DNA of 64,000 nucleotides from Lytechinus pictus (lineage: Eukaryota). This document shows positions 40,001-51,782 of the stretch, in pieces. Made by a program: the position numbers and the translations under genes. The notes under the pieces were generated by a model, which made no database searches, was not told the origin of the DNA, and saw only the letters and a program-made list of their open reading frames with translations. Position 1 is the stretch's first letter. Every line of letters starts with the position of its first letter. The DNA lies in the NCBI RefSeq assembly GCF_037042905.1, contig NW_026974140.1:124001-188000 (forward strand). The letters run 5' to 3'.

Positions 40001-41920
40001 GTAGGGACTACTTTAGTGAGAAGTTAAACCAAATTTAACCCCCCCAAAAAAATCGCTCGCGCTTCGCGCTCCCATTGATGTTGCATTATATTTTATATTC
40101 ATGGATTTTTTTGTGTCATGAACACATTAAAAAGTGATCTTTAATTGCCTTAAAAATGTGATTATAAGATATTTAAAATGCATTCAAGGCACTTAAGTTA
40201 GCCCGGCCGGGAGGGAGGGTGCAATTTTTCAAAAAAGTACACCTGGGCGCCAAAAATCAGGTCAAATTTGATCCTGGATCCGCGCCTGGGTTCTATAACA
40301 ATAACCCATTTAGGGCAATCATCCCCTGACAACTACTTCAAGGGAAATATTATCCCTATATTTTTACGCCGGGGACTGTTACCCCCCCCCCCCCCGGAAA
40401 TTTACCCTCCAGACAATTAGCCCGGATAATTACCCCTAGTACGGAGTCTTGAAAATGCAATCGAAGTGACGATATGGCGTGATACTTTATCTTTCCATGT
40501 CTAATTAATAAGCTTATTATTTCGACTTGGCATTATATTCTATATTGTCAAGTCAATATGTCGACATGGCGAGATGTGAAGTGTAAAACTAAAAGTCCCG
40601 GCGAGAATCCCGATATATCGCCATGTTGATATATAACTGTTTATAAGTGGACTTGGCAAGACAACGTATGTCGCCATGCGGACATAATAATCTTATTTAG
40701 TCGACATGGCAAGATAAAGTATCTCGCCATGTCGTCAAGTCGATGGCATTTTAAAGGCTACGTTCTAGGGGTAATTGGCGTCTATAGGGTAAATTTAGGG
40801 GGGGGGGGTAACAGTCCTCGACGATAAAAATATGGGGATAATATTTTCCTTGAAGTAGCTGTCAGGGGGCGATTGTCCTTTAGGTCATCGTACTCGTATC
40901 ATTGGCATTTTGACCTCTTTATGACATTTGATCTCACTATATCCTGATCATAATTTTACACACACCGCGGACTATCAGACCCGCGGACTATCGGACCCGC
41001 AGTCTATCGGACCCGCGGACTAACGGACCCGCAGTCTATCGGACCCGCGGACTAACGGACCCACGGACTATCGGACCCGCGGACTATCGGACCCGCGGAC
41101 CATCGGGCTGTAACCTAAAATACATAAATTCTCTGAAAACATACATGTCACGTGGCGAGTGACTTTTATTTTATTATTTACCTACTGCTGCTTGACACCA
41201 AATAAAGAATATGTAAAACTGATAAATACAGTTATTAAAAAGATTTAATCAAATCTCTTTTGTCATTCTGTGGTTTCATTTTGATTTCTTTTACAATGAT
41301 TGTACATGAAATATGCATGGATATAACAAAATATAACTTAACTTGGAGGGCGCCTTTTTCCATGGGATGAGACAGTAGCCATGTGACAATGCTGGTCTAA
41401 ATTTCCACCAAAATTCTGACAGAGAGAAGATTCTGGCGGTAAGCAAAGTATTTTTCTGTCGATTGATGATCTGTGGCAGATATTGAGTAGTAATGGGACC
41501 TAAAAGACAGTTAGACACTCCTGAAAAGAATAATCCCAAGCTGACGGCCCCAAGGAAAATTATCGTGCAAGATTCTGTCGCGACTCAGGCCAACGCCCCA
41601 GGGGAGGTTTCGGCGGCGGCGTCTGCAGGGGAGATGCTGGTCGGAACGGCTAAGCACAGTGTTGGTGAGATGAAATCTGACCCACCTCCACATTGGTTCA
41701 GTAGTTTTGTCGATCGATTTGAGTCTCGCTTCATTCGTTTGGAACAGCGCATGGAGTTCCTTCTTCTGGAGAGATTAGATGAAGTGAACCTGAAAGTGTC
41801 TGAGAATGAGGAGAAAATCTTTGCATGTGCCATTCAACTTGATGATGTAGTGGCGGAAGTGAAAAAGCTCAAATCAGAGAGAGAAGACATGATTGCCAAG
41901 ATAGACGATTTAGAGAACAG

Positions 41921-42077
41921 GGGGGCGTTTCATGAAAGGACTTGTCGGACGTTTTATCCGAACAGTCCCATTTTATCCGACAGTTACCATAGGAACAGTG
42001 CCTCTCAACCAATCAAAATCATGGAGATATGTCAGATCTGACAACTTGTCGGATGAAAATATTGATGAAACGCTCCC
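41921..42077. mobile_element. PIF/Harbinger-like MITE (157 bp)
   Basis: TIR GGGGGCGTTTCAT / ATGAAACGCTCCC; CAG duplication; empty site AACAGATCT in copy A (~26690). Confidence 0.9.
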
Positions 42078-43589
42078 CAGATCTCGTCGTAATAACCTTG
42101 TTTTTCATGGTGTGCCGGAAAACCCTAGAGAAAACTGTATCGAAGTACTGCAGGATTTCCTCCATGGATTTGTGGGCTTATCTCCAGAAAGGTGTACATT
42201 TGAGAGATGTCACCGTACACCAACATTAAAGCGCTCATACCCAGATCAGAAGCCAGATCCAAGCCCAAGGGTCATAAATGTGGCCTTCACATCATATACC
42301 ATAAAGGAGCGAGTTCTTAAGGCATGCATCGCTAAATTGAAGGAGAATAAGGGAAAGAAGATCTTTGTATCTGAAGATTTTTCTAAATGTGTTTTGCAAA
42401 AGCGGAGAAACAAGTTGGATCTCATCAAGCGCTTGAGAGATGAGGGGAAGAGGCCTTTCTTCCTCTACCCGGACGCGAAATTATTTTTCCCACCGAGTTC
42501 TGGACCAACATATGAATATTCATAACTTGCGTCTTCGGATTAAGAGTACGCATGCGCGTGGACTTTGCCACGACCAGTGCCGGTCGTAAGCATTCGCGTT
42601 GCTCAGAATGAATTAGCATCGTCAAATTACCGGTACCCTTACATAGTTACGGAGACCTTATACTAGGCTTAGATCTATATATATATCCAATTCTTAAACA
42701 TTTATCAAACTAGCTGCCATTAATGGCAAGACATGTGCTAGGGTAGGGCTCGCTTAGGCTAGCGCATTAACTTTACCTCAAATCTGGACCTGTCTAATGC
42801 CTAGTACTAATCAGTGTTGTAGTGCCTTGATGCTCGGCCTTGGCCTTAAGGCCTACTTTTTTCAAAGCCTTTGCCTTGAACATTCAAGCCTTGGACTTGA
42901 GGATTTGAGCCTTGAAATTTCAAGGCATTTTCAAGGCATTTTGTACTTTCATTTGTTTTAAATAAGTAATTACAAATGTTTCAATTTATTGTTTTTTATA
43001 TTTATTGACACTAATGGTCAATACTACCAGTTACCAGTATAGTAGCAGCAGTAGTAAGTGTACTAGCATTGTCATCAATTGTAATTGTCACCATTATCAA
43101 TATTTTTCAAACAAAGAATACATCAGTTATGACAAATAGCATTATGTATTGGTAATGTGTTGTAATCGTGACTAATGATGATAATGACAGTAAATAATAA
43201 TGATCATGATCAAGATAATAGTGCTTTGATGACAAGAATAAGTTTGACATCTGACTGCAATTTTGACAACAATTTTCATACTTTAAACATAGCTAACTCT
43301 AAAGAACGATAACAAGGTTGATTTCTATTCCAATATGATTTTCCTTGTATTATTTTCTTTGGCCAACAAGAAAGTTTAAATGTTAATGATATTCTAAAAA
43401 GATTTGGTAAACTTGAACACAGTCTTCAATTTTGTCATATCCAAATGGGTTATGTCAATGACATGATGAACCAGAAACTTTGAGGGGCCAAGCATGGCAT
43501 ATAGAGCAAAATTTCTGTCAAAAAAAGAAGAAAGCGATTGAAGCGAGCGAGTGAACAAAATTTGTCCCCTCTTTCTATAAGAAAAGCTA

Positions 43590-44920
43590 ATTTATTTATT
43601 TTATTAATTTATTTAAAAATCTTTATACAGGATAAGCATGTTCAGATAATATATACACTGTTTTTCAACATGGTCCTGTTGACACAGTAAACATCTAACA
43701 ATGTACAGAAAAAATGCATTAAACAATTTAAATTCAAACATAGTAAATAGTAAAAAAAAATAGTGACATCGGTATTAACAAACACAGATATATAAAAAAA
43801 CAAAAGATATATGTGCACTGGGTGATGAATACTAAATTGAAAGTTTAAAACATAAACCGGCATAAAGATGAATAGAATGGAGAGCGGAGAGAGTGTTACG
43901 CGAAGTGTGTTTTCTTATATTTCCTTTTAAAAGTATCAATTGAAGTTGCATTCTGAAGTTCTGAATCTAAACTATTCCATACATTTCCTTCTGCATATCT
44001 TAAGCTATTCTTAAAAAACTCAATGTTCGGTTTAGGTATTAAAACGTTGAGCGAATTGGCATATCTTGTATTCATTGGATGTCTATCAAAAACCATATCA
44101 ATAGAATTACATAAACGTACCGGAGCATATCCATAGACACAGTTAAACATAATACATGCAAGGAAATAATTTCGTCTTTTTTCTAAAACCTGCCACTTTA
44201 ATCTCTTGATAATGTCAATACCATCATGAGTATAATCAATTTTTTTTTTCTATTCTTGCTGCTCTTTTTTGTAATCTAAACAAAATTTTCCTATTACTGT
44301 CAGAACAGTTCCCCCATACCGAACAAGAGTAATCCAGTATAGGTTGAACTGTACAATTATAAATTTTATTGAGAACACTCGTATTAGTGAAATTACTGAT
44401 CCTTTTTAAAGAAAATAACTTAAAAGCTAAAGATCTACTTAGGTTCTTTACCTGCAAATTCCACGTAAGACTCAAATCAATTTCGATTCCTAGATAGCGA
44501 ATATGTTTTACTTGTTTTATAATGTTATTATCCAGATGTATGTTTAATTCTTGAGAAGTACGTGTGCTTCGTTTTAATAACATAGCATACGTTTTGTCAA
44601 CATTAACTTTTAATTTATTTCTCTTATACCACATACTTATGTTTTCAAAATCAGCCTGTAATTTAAACGTAATAACTTCGGTACTTTTATCAGAAATATA
44701 AATAACAACATCATCTGCGTATATATTGCATGAACATGATAATAAACATTCACTTAAGTCATTAATAACAACAAGAAAAAGTAGGGGTCCAAGGGCACTA
44801 CCCTGGGGAATTCCTACATAAAGATTATTAAATTTAGACAGTTTTCCATGACAATAAACAGTTTGTTTTCTACCTGATAAGTAATTAGTAAACCATATCA
44901 ACTCATTATTTTGCGATATA
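43590..44920 (-). pseudogene. 5'-truncated CR1/L2-group LINE: RT C-terminal half, 3'UTR and (TAAA)n tail
   Basis: GIPQGSALGPLLF, YADD, YLGIEID, LQKRAARI in ORF 44236-44943; ORF 43896-44150 is the C-terminus. Confidence 0.9.
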
Positions 44921-46044
44921 TGGTTTAAAAAATAATATGACATTTACTCCATCTTTTCCTTTCCCTCCCCCCTTGTCTAAGATTATTATTGGTGGTGGAA
45001 CTTCTTCTTCTCTCTATCTCTCTTCTAAATTGTATATTTGTTTTGGGTCAGATTGACAAAACAAAGGGATAAAAATGTTTACTTCTTTTTAATCATATGT
45101 CGTTCAACAGTGAATTTCATTTCTCTACAGTTTCAAGGAAATAAACAACGTATTTGTTTTGTGTCAATATGGTTTCAAGAAATAATGATTAATAAAAAAA
45201 TAATAATTAATAATTATTTATATCATCAATAAGTATTAATAATCAATGATTAATTATTTTTTTTAAGATATAATCAAAATTTACCCTCTTCCAACTAAGG
45301 GTATGGGGTGCGCCCTGTTTATTTTATATCCTTTTGAATATATATTTTGTTAGTATTCTTTATTCTGTTTACTAAAGGTAAAATAAGTGTAGAAGATACA
45401 AGAAATGAGAATTGAAATTTAAAAGTGGTTGTAAGCAGAAAAAAATATGAAAACTGACAAGAGTCCTAAAAATGACTCATTTCAGTTTAAGCATTTGAAA
45501 ATTTTAGCTTGCGCTTTGTGCTCTCTTGCCCCCCCCCCCAAAAAAAAAAAAAACGAAAAAAAAATCCCTGTAGGATTTTGTTTTCCAAATGAAATATGCC
45601 CTTTTTAAAAAAGAAATACCTTCTTTAATAATGAAACATTATTATTGTTTAGTACAGACCTAATCCTGCTCATGGTTACAAAAATGTTTAGAATGTTGCT
45701 TTTTGGAATATCACAAATTTTTGGCTCGCTTCCTGCACTCGCATCAATTATTGTACTCGTTCTCTTCCCGTTCACACACAAAAAAAAATGCTTAGAACGT
45801 CCAGTTTTCAGGTTGGAATATCACACATTTTTGAGCTCGCGCTTTGCGCTCGTATTAATTTTATTGGTGAGTTATGTATCCTATTTAAAATGCAGTAATT
45901 AACTGCTTAATTCCTTTACTGGTCAGTATGTAAAAACAAATTTCGAGCGCAAAGTTATTTTTTAGTTAGATGCACATCTTTTTCATAATTACAAAACCAG
46001 CTCAGAATATTTAATTTCCATGTCTTATTACACGACATGTCCAG

Positions 46045-46199
46045 TGGCCTGTTGCATAAAACTTTTTACCTGAGAAAACTCAGGTAAAAACTGAAAACTA
46101 AAGTTAGTCTGATTTCTGCCATTGACTTTAACACAGCACAAAAACTCCGGAAAAAACAACCTGAGTTTTCTCAGGTAAAAAGTTTTATGCAACGGGCCC
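46045..46199. mobile_element. PIF/Harbinger-like MITE (155 bp)
   Basis: TIR .GGCC.GTTGCATAAAACT; CAG duplication at 46042-46044 and 46200-46202. Confidence 0.85.
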
Positions 46200-49149
46200 C
46201 AGAAGTTTGAGCAGGTGGTTCGCGCTGGCAACATTGCGCAAGGATGCCCTTTCAACATTGATTAGCCCCATAATTGACCATAAATCAAGTTTTACAACTT
46301 CAGAATTGATTTTTTTTCAAAACCGCTTGCTCGCTATGCTTTATCGCTGAGAAGTAAAACCCAAATCAAAATATCTATCTTATAATTAAAAATCACTTTA
46401 GAAAGCCTTTGCTCAAGTTAATTTCTACAAAACACGCAATTACTTCACGCAGTAAACATAATCTCATTTTGAAAATACATGTATCTGTTTGCACAAAAAA
46501 CCTAATTTTGATAAATGAGTGCCTTTTTGGCGTTGACCCCCCCCCCCCCCTAATAATTTTCTGCTGCCCCTGTCCCAGGGAGTGGAGAAAAACATACGTT
46601 GAGAATGCCAGGATCAGATGACTGTGGTAATAATAATTATTGCAATGTAAATCGCCTAGAAAAATTATGGATTATGTGTACACAGGTAACTATATCATTA
46701 TTTCAATATGTCTCTATCATGAAATTATTTTTGTTTTAAATGTACAAAGGTTAAATTTTTCTCGCTCAATCCTCTCGCTCACATGCATTTTACCGTGTGT
46801 GATGTCTGCCGCCTAAGTATTGTTAGTTCATAGTTCTGTATTTCGTAAGTTTGAAATGCCTTGTCCTTGAGGTTTTCAGGCCTTGGCATTGGGTTTCCAT
46901 GCCTTGGCCTTTGGTATTGAAGCCTTGGCCTTGGGTATTAAAGCCTTGGCCTTGGAGGTTTGAGCCTTGACTACAACACTGAATAGCCGTCTAATGCCAT
47001 GGTTAACTTCGAACTGGTTAATTCCGAACTTTACGTTTAATTAGGTTTAGACAAATATTAGCTTATGTGCCATGGTTTAATATGTCTAGTCCGTATACAA
47101 AACCAGTCCTAGATGTATTTTTTTTTAAATCTTAGTTCTAGTCTAGTCTCTAGATCTAGACTCTGATCTACGCTGTACCAGCATCCACTAGTGTACCAAA
47201 GGGGGGGGGGGCAGACTGCGGGCAGACTGCCCCTCTGACGAGTCACAACTGATTCAGGGGACGTGTCCCCCCCCCCCCCCTTTGAGAAGCCAAATAGATA
47301 ATTTGTAAGTTAAAAATGCAATGAAAAAGACGTTTGTCCCCTCTTTTGAACGTGAAGATCTTTTTTTTTTTTTTTTTTTTTTTTTTTGGGGGGGGGGGGC
47401 TTGTCACATTTTTTCGCGGACGAAATATCCTCCAAAAAATGTGCCCCCCTTCTGGAAAATCCTAGGTACGCCAGTGCGTGCATGGAATGTATTCTAACTT
47501 CAGGCACAAATTAACTTCAGTGATCTTAATCCCCGTCTTCAACCCAAATTAAGGATTTCTTAGCTGAAAAAAATTGACAAGCAAAAAAAAAAAAGATCTT
47601 CACGTTCAAAAGAGGGGACGTCCCCTGGAGCAGTTGTGACTCGTCATGGGGGCAGTCTGCCCCCCCCCCCTTTGGTATACCTAGTGGTTCCGTGCTGATA
47701 CAGCGTAGATCAGAGTCTAGATCTATAGAGACTAGACTAGAACTAAGATATTTTTTTTTAGATCTACGACTGGTTCTGTATACGGACTATATAGACATAT
47801 TAAACCATGGTAAATAAGCTAATATTGGTCCAAACCTATAATCAAACGTAAAGTTCGGAATTAACCAGTTCGAAGTTAACCATGCCATTAGTCGGCTATT
47901 CCTATTATTAGGCATTAGACAGGTCCAGATTTGAGGTAAAGTTAATGCGCTAGCCTAAGCGAGCCCTACCCTAGCACATGTCTTGCCATTAATGGCAGCT
48001 AGTTTGATAAGTGTTTAAGAATTGGATATAGATATAGATCTAAGCCTAGTATAAGGTCTACGAAACGATGTAAGGGTACCGGTGATTTGACGATGCTAAT
48101 TCATTCTGAGCAACGCGAATGCTTACGACCGGCACTGGTTGTGGCAAAGTCCACGCGCATGCGTACTCTTAATCCGAAGACGCAAGTTATGAATATTCAT
48201 ATGTTGGTCCAGAACTCGGTGGGAAAAATAATTTCGCTACCCGGACAGGGTGGGCTTCAGAGCTCGAGATGGAAAGTTGCACGTCGTTGGTTGACTTAAC
48301 ACGTTGTAGTGTATTACTGTTTTTTTTTTTTTACTTCATCAGAAACCTTGAAAGAGATGTAAACTGGTGTTGATTTTTATTTTGTATCTTTTCGTTGTCA
48401 TGAGTGTCATATCACTCCCAAAGGCTGTTTACTTTAATTTCATTTTACTTTCATCCATTGTTACTGCACTCCAGTGATCTTTACTGTTAGTATTTGATCG
48501 ACATCACTTCATCTGAGTCTACTCTCTAGTCAGTCTTTCGGTGCTTTGGAATTAAGATGAATTTATCTTCATGTAGCCTTGAAATTAAGATAAATTTATC
48601 CTCGTGAAGGCTTGCACTAAATACAAACTTTAATTAATAACATGCCCAATAAATATATTTTAGTTTTCATTTTCAATTTGCTTTAAAACACACTATGTCA
48701 GTACATTGAGAGAACCTTCTCAGACCCATAGATTCTGTACAGTGACCCTGGCCAAGGCCGGCAAAATGTGGACTTGAGGCAAGCCTTGACTTCATCCCTA
48801 ATTGAAATTGAAAAGATTGATTGATCTGTGCACAAAAAAAGAAGAGAACACTGTTAAATACATTCGTTATTGATGGACCTTTTAATTTTTTTCTTTGTTC
48901 CTTGCTAACGAGGATTTGCTTTTGAGATTTAGATATATTCAATAGAATTTCAGATTATTTACTGTCAAAATATCTTAGTCAGTGGGTATTTCTTCACCAA
49001 GTGCTTCACCACTGAATGTCTTGTTTGATATTGACGGAGTCTCATGCCGTAAGACAACAATCCTTAGGGTTGGCATGAAGAATTGATACAAGTCCAGTCA
49101 GGATAGCCACAAACATCTCTACCTGAAAAAGCAAATCTGGTTTCCTTAA

Positions 49150-49752
49150 AGGTCAAGTCCACCTCAGAAAAATGTTGATTTGAATCAATAGAGAAAAATC
49201 AGACAAGCACAATGCTGAAAATTTCATCAAAATCGGATGTAAAATAAGAAAGTTATGACAATTCAAAGTTTCGCTAATATTTAACAAAATAGTTATATGA
49301 ACGAGCCAGTTACATCCAAATGAGAGAGTCGATGATGTCATTCACTCACTATTTATTTTGTTTTTTATTGTTTGAATTATACAATATTTCAATTTTTACG
49401 AATTTGATGATTAGGACCTCCTTGCCTGAAGCACAAAATGTTAAAATAATGGAATTCCACGTGTTCAGAGAGGAATGAAACTTCATTTCACATTACAATG
49501 ATGAGAAAATCAAAATATTTCATATTTCATAAAATGAAATACAAAAGAAATAGTGAGTGAGTGATGTCATCAGTTCCCTCATTTGCATACCGACCGAGAT
49601 GTGCATATAACTGTTTTGTGAAAGGAAGCGAAACTTTAAAATGTCATAACTTTCTTATTTTACATCCGATTTTGATGAAATTTTCAGTGTTATGCTTGTT
49701 GAATTTTTCTCTTTTTATTCAAATCAAGCTTTTGTTGGGGTGGACTTGTCCT
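49150..49752. mobile_element. Kolobok-like MITE (TTAA target, AGG...CCT ends), private to copy C
   Basis: TTAA|AGGTCAAGTCCACC...GGTGGACTTGTCCT|TTAA; ~125-bp imperfect TIRs; absent from copies A and B. Confidence 0.85.
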
Positions 49753-50152
49753 TTAAGCAGTGAAATTTGAGATGAACAGCAACATCCTCATTCTGAATTT
49801 CTTATTGCAATAATTCAGGAGCAGCTCTGAATTCAGTTCTGATAATCAACCTGTTCATAAACAAATAATAAGGACATTTTAAAAATAATCATATATAGCC
49901 TGGGATTTTTCAAATAATTATGCATAAATGGAAGGGGACAGTGGTTTACTTCTGAGACCATGATAATTTGCAATTTCCCCTTGAATTAATAAAAAAAAAT
50001 GTGAACTAATTGTTTTTCCCCAAAATCAATAAGATATGAAATGGAAATAAATTATGTGATAAAGTCAATCAATGACGGCAAAATATTTTTACATTCAGGT
50101 CATGGATTTCAGCTGACCCCACTCTCATCTTTAAACAATTATATGATGGTAT

Positions 50153-50749
50153 AGTTACCGTGTGGTTACTAGGAACGAACGATCATCCACCCACCCTTTA
50201 TATCAAGGCGTTCCGCAAGGATCAGTATTAGGACCGACTTTGTTTACACTCTATATTTCTCCATTGGAATCCATAATGTATAGAAATCATATCCAAAAGA
50301 TGTTTTATGCAGATGATACGCAACTTTATGTTTCTTTCCCGAGATCGAGTAATTCTGACCCTACCATTGAAATTTTGCATTGTATGCAAGCAATCAAACA
50401 ATGGTCTAAAACGAATAGTCTTAAACTGAACCGTAGTAAAACAGAATTCCTTCATATTATATCACGTTTACGAGAAACAACCCCAATACAGAGTTTAGAT
50501 CTTGATGAAACATCAATTCGTAGTAGCAAATCATGTATAAATCTAGGGGCAATCTTTGACTCACGGATGACATTTGAGAACTTTATATCACATAAATGTC
50601 GCACTGCATTATACGCTCTAGATACGAAATAGGATATAGGAAAAAAATTCGAAATTATCTGGATAAACCTACAACTGAAAAACTAATACATGCATTTGTT
50701 CTCTGTCATATTGATTTATGTAACAGCCTAATTTTCGGTTTACCACAGC
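50153..50749 (+). pseudogene. L2 RT fragment, copy C (3' part at 61378-61759)
   Basis: ORF 50162-50632 with QGSVLGP and YADDTQLY. Confidence 0.9.
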
Positions 50750-51782
50750 CATTGGCGGAAATCTGTCCCGAAAGGTAAGGGGGGGGGGGGGGACAACGGG
50801 CTGATCCAGCCTTCGGGGGGGGGGGGCGAAAACATTTTCAGCCATATGTTAATCCCCGATCGGCCGCTCGAAGGTAATTTTTGTCTGTTTCATTGAAGGA
50901 GTAGTCCTCATGGTCATTTTTTAGCTTTATTCTTATAAATCAACATAAATATATGATATCATTGCCCTTATTTATATAATGCGAGCGCGAAGCGCGAGCA
51001 ATTTTTTTTTTGAAAATTTATGTATTTTTTTCCCTAAAATTTGAACATTTTGTGCAATGTTTGTTATCCTGAAAAAGATGTGTATACAACTAAATATTTA
51101 CTACGACCGCGAAGTGCGAGCAGAGGTTAACTGATGAAAAAGGTACTTGTTAAAGACTGCTTGCAATTAGTCATGAAGACGTTACATATTTCAAGAATCA
51201 AATAATGCGAGTGCAAAGTGCGAGCTGAAATTTTTTGAAATTTTTACCTAAAGACTGGAAATTCTAAGCACTTTTTGTAACTTAAACATATAATAGGTAT
51301 ATAACTAAACAATTGATGCGAAGCGCGAGCGGAAAGTTTTGAGATTTAGACCTAAGAACGAGACACTCTATTCATGTTTTGTAAATCATGAAAAGGATGA
51401 GTACTTAGGGGTTCTTTCTTACACCCGGTCCTAACATTAATAAAGCGAGTGCAAAATGCAGCCAGAAAATTTTCATATACGTTTAATTTGAATTGATCGA
51501 AAAGGTACTTGTTAAGGGCTGCTTGCACTTAGCCATGAAGACGGTACATATTTCAACAATCATTGCCAGCGCGAATAGCGAGCTTAAAATTGTTGACATT
51601 TTTTCAAAAAGAATAAAAAAATTTTATCAATTTTTGTAATCGTGAACAGGGTAGCTATATAACTAAACAATTGATGTAAGCGAAGCGTGAGCAGAGAAAA
51701 TCGAGATTTAGACCTAAAAACGGGACACTCATGTTTTGTAAATCATGAAAAGGATGAGTAATAGGGGATCTTTCTACATTAA

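Larger units (their letters stand above)
42812..46981. mobile_element. Non-autonomous TIR element nested in the left MULE arm
   Basis: 12-bp TIR CAGTGTTGTAGT/ACTACAACACTG; subterminal GCCTTG repeats at both ends; absent from the right arm. Confidence 0.82.
42475..48237. mobile_element. Mutator/MULE-like foldback element with nested cargo
   Basis: 9-bp TSD TACCCGGAC (42466-42474, 48238-48246); TIR starts GCGAAATTATTTTTCCCACCGAG; near-identical arms; empty in copy A (~27080). Confidence 0.92.
41493..48295 (+). pseudogene. L1-type ORF1, copy B, disrupted by two DNA-element insertions
   Basis: Coding pieces 41493-41920, 42081-42474 and 48247-48295 match copy A ORF1. Confidence 0.88.
27443..48604 (+). 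repeat. Tandem segmental duplication, copy B
   Basis: Colinear with copy A; the same junction sequence CCTCG|TGAAGGCTTG occurs at both ends. Confidence 0.93.

Noticed and set aside
41932..42525. Novel 197-aa fusion protein
   Set aside because: Chance read-through from the MITE into the ORF1 remainder and the MULE TIR
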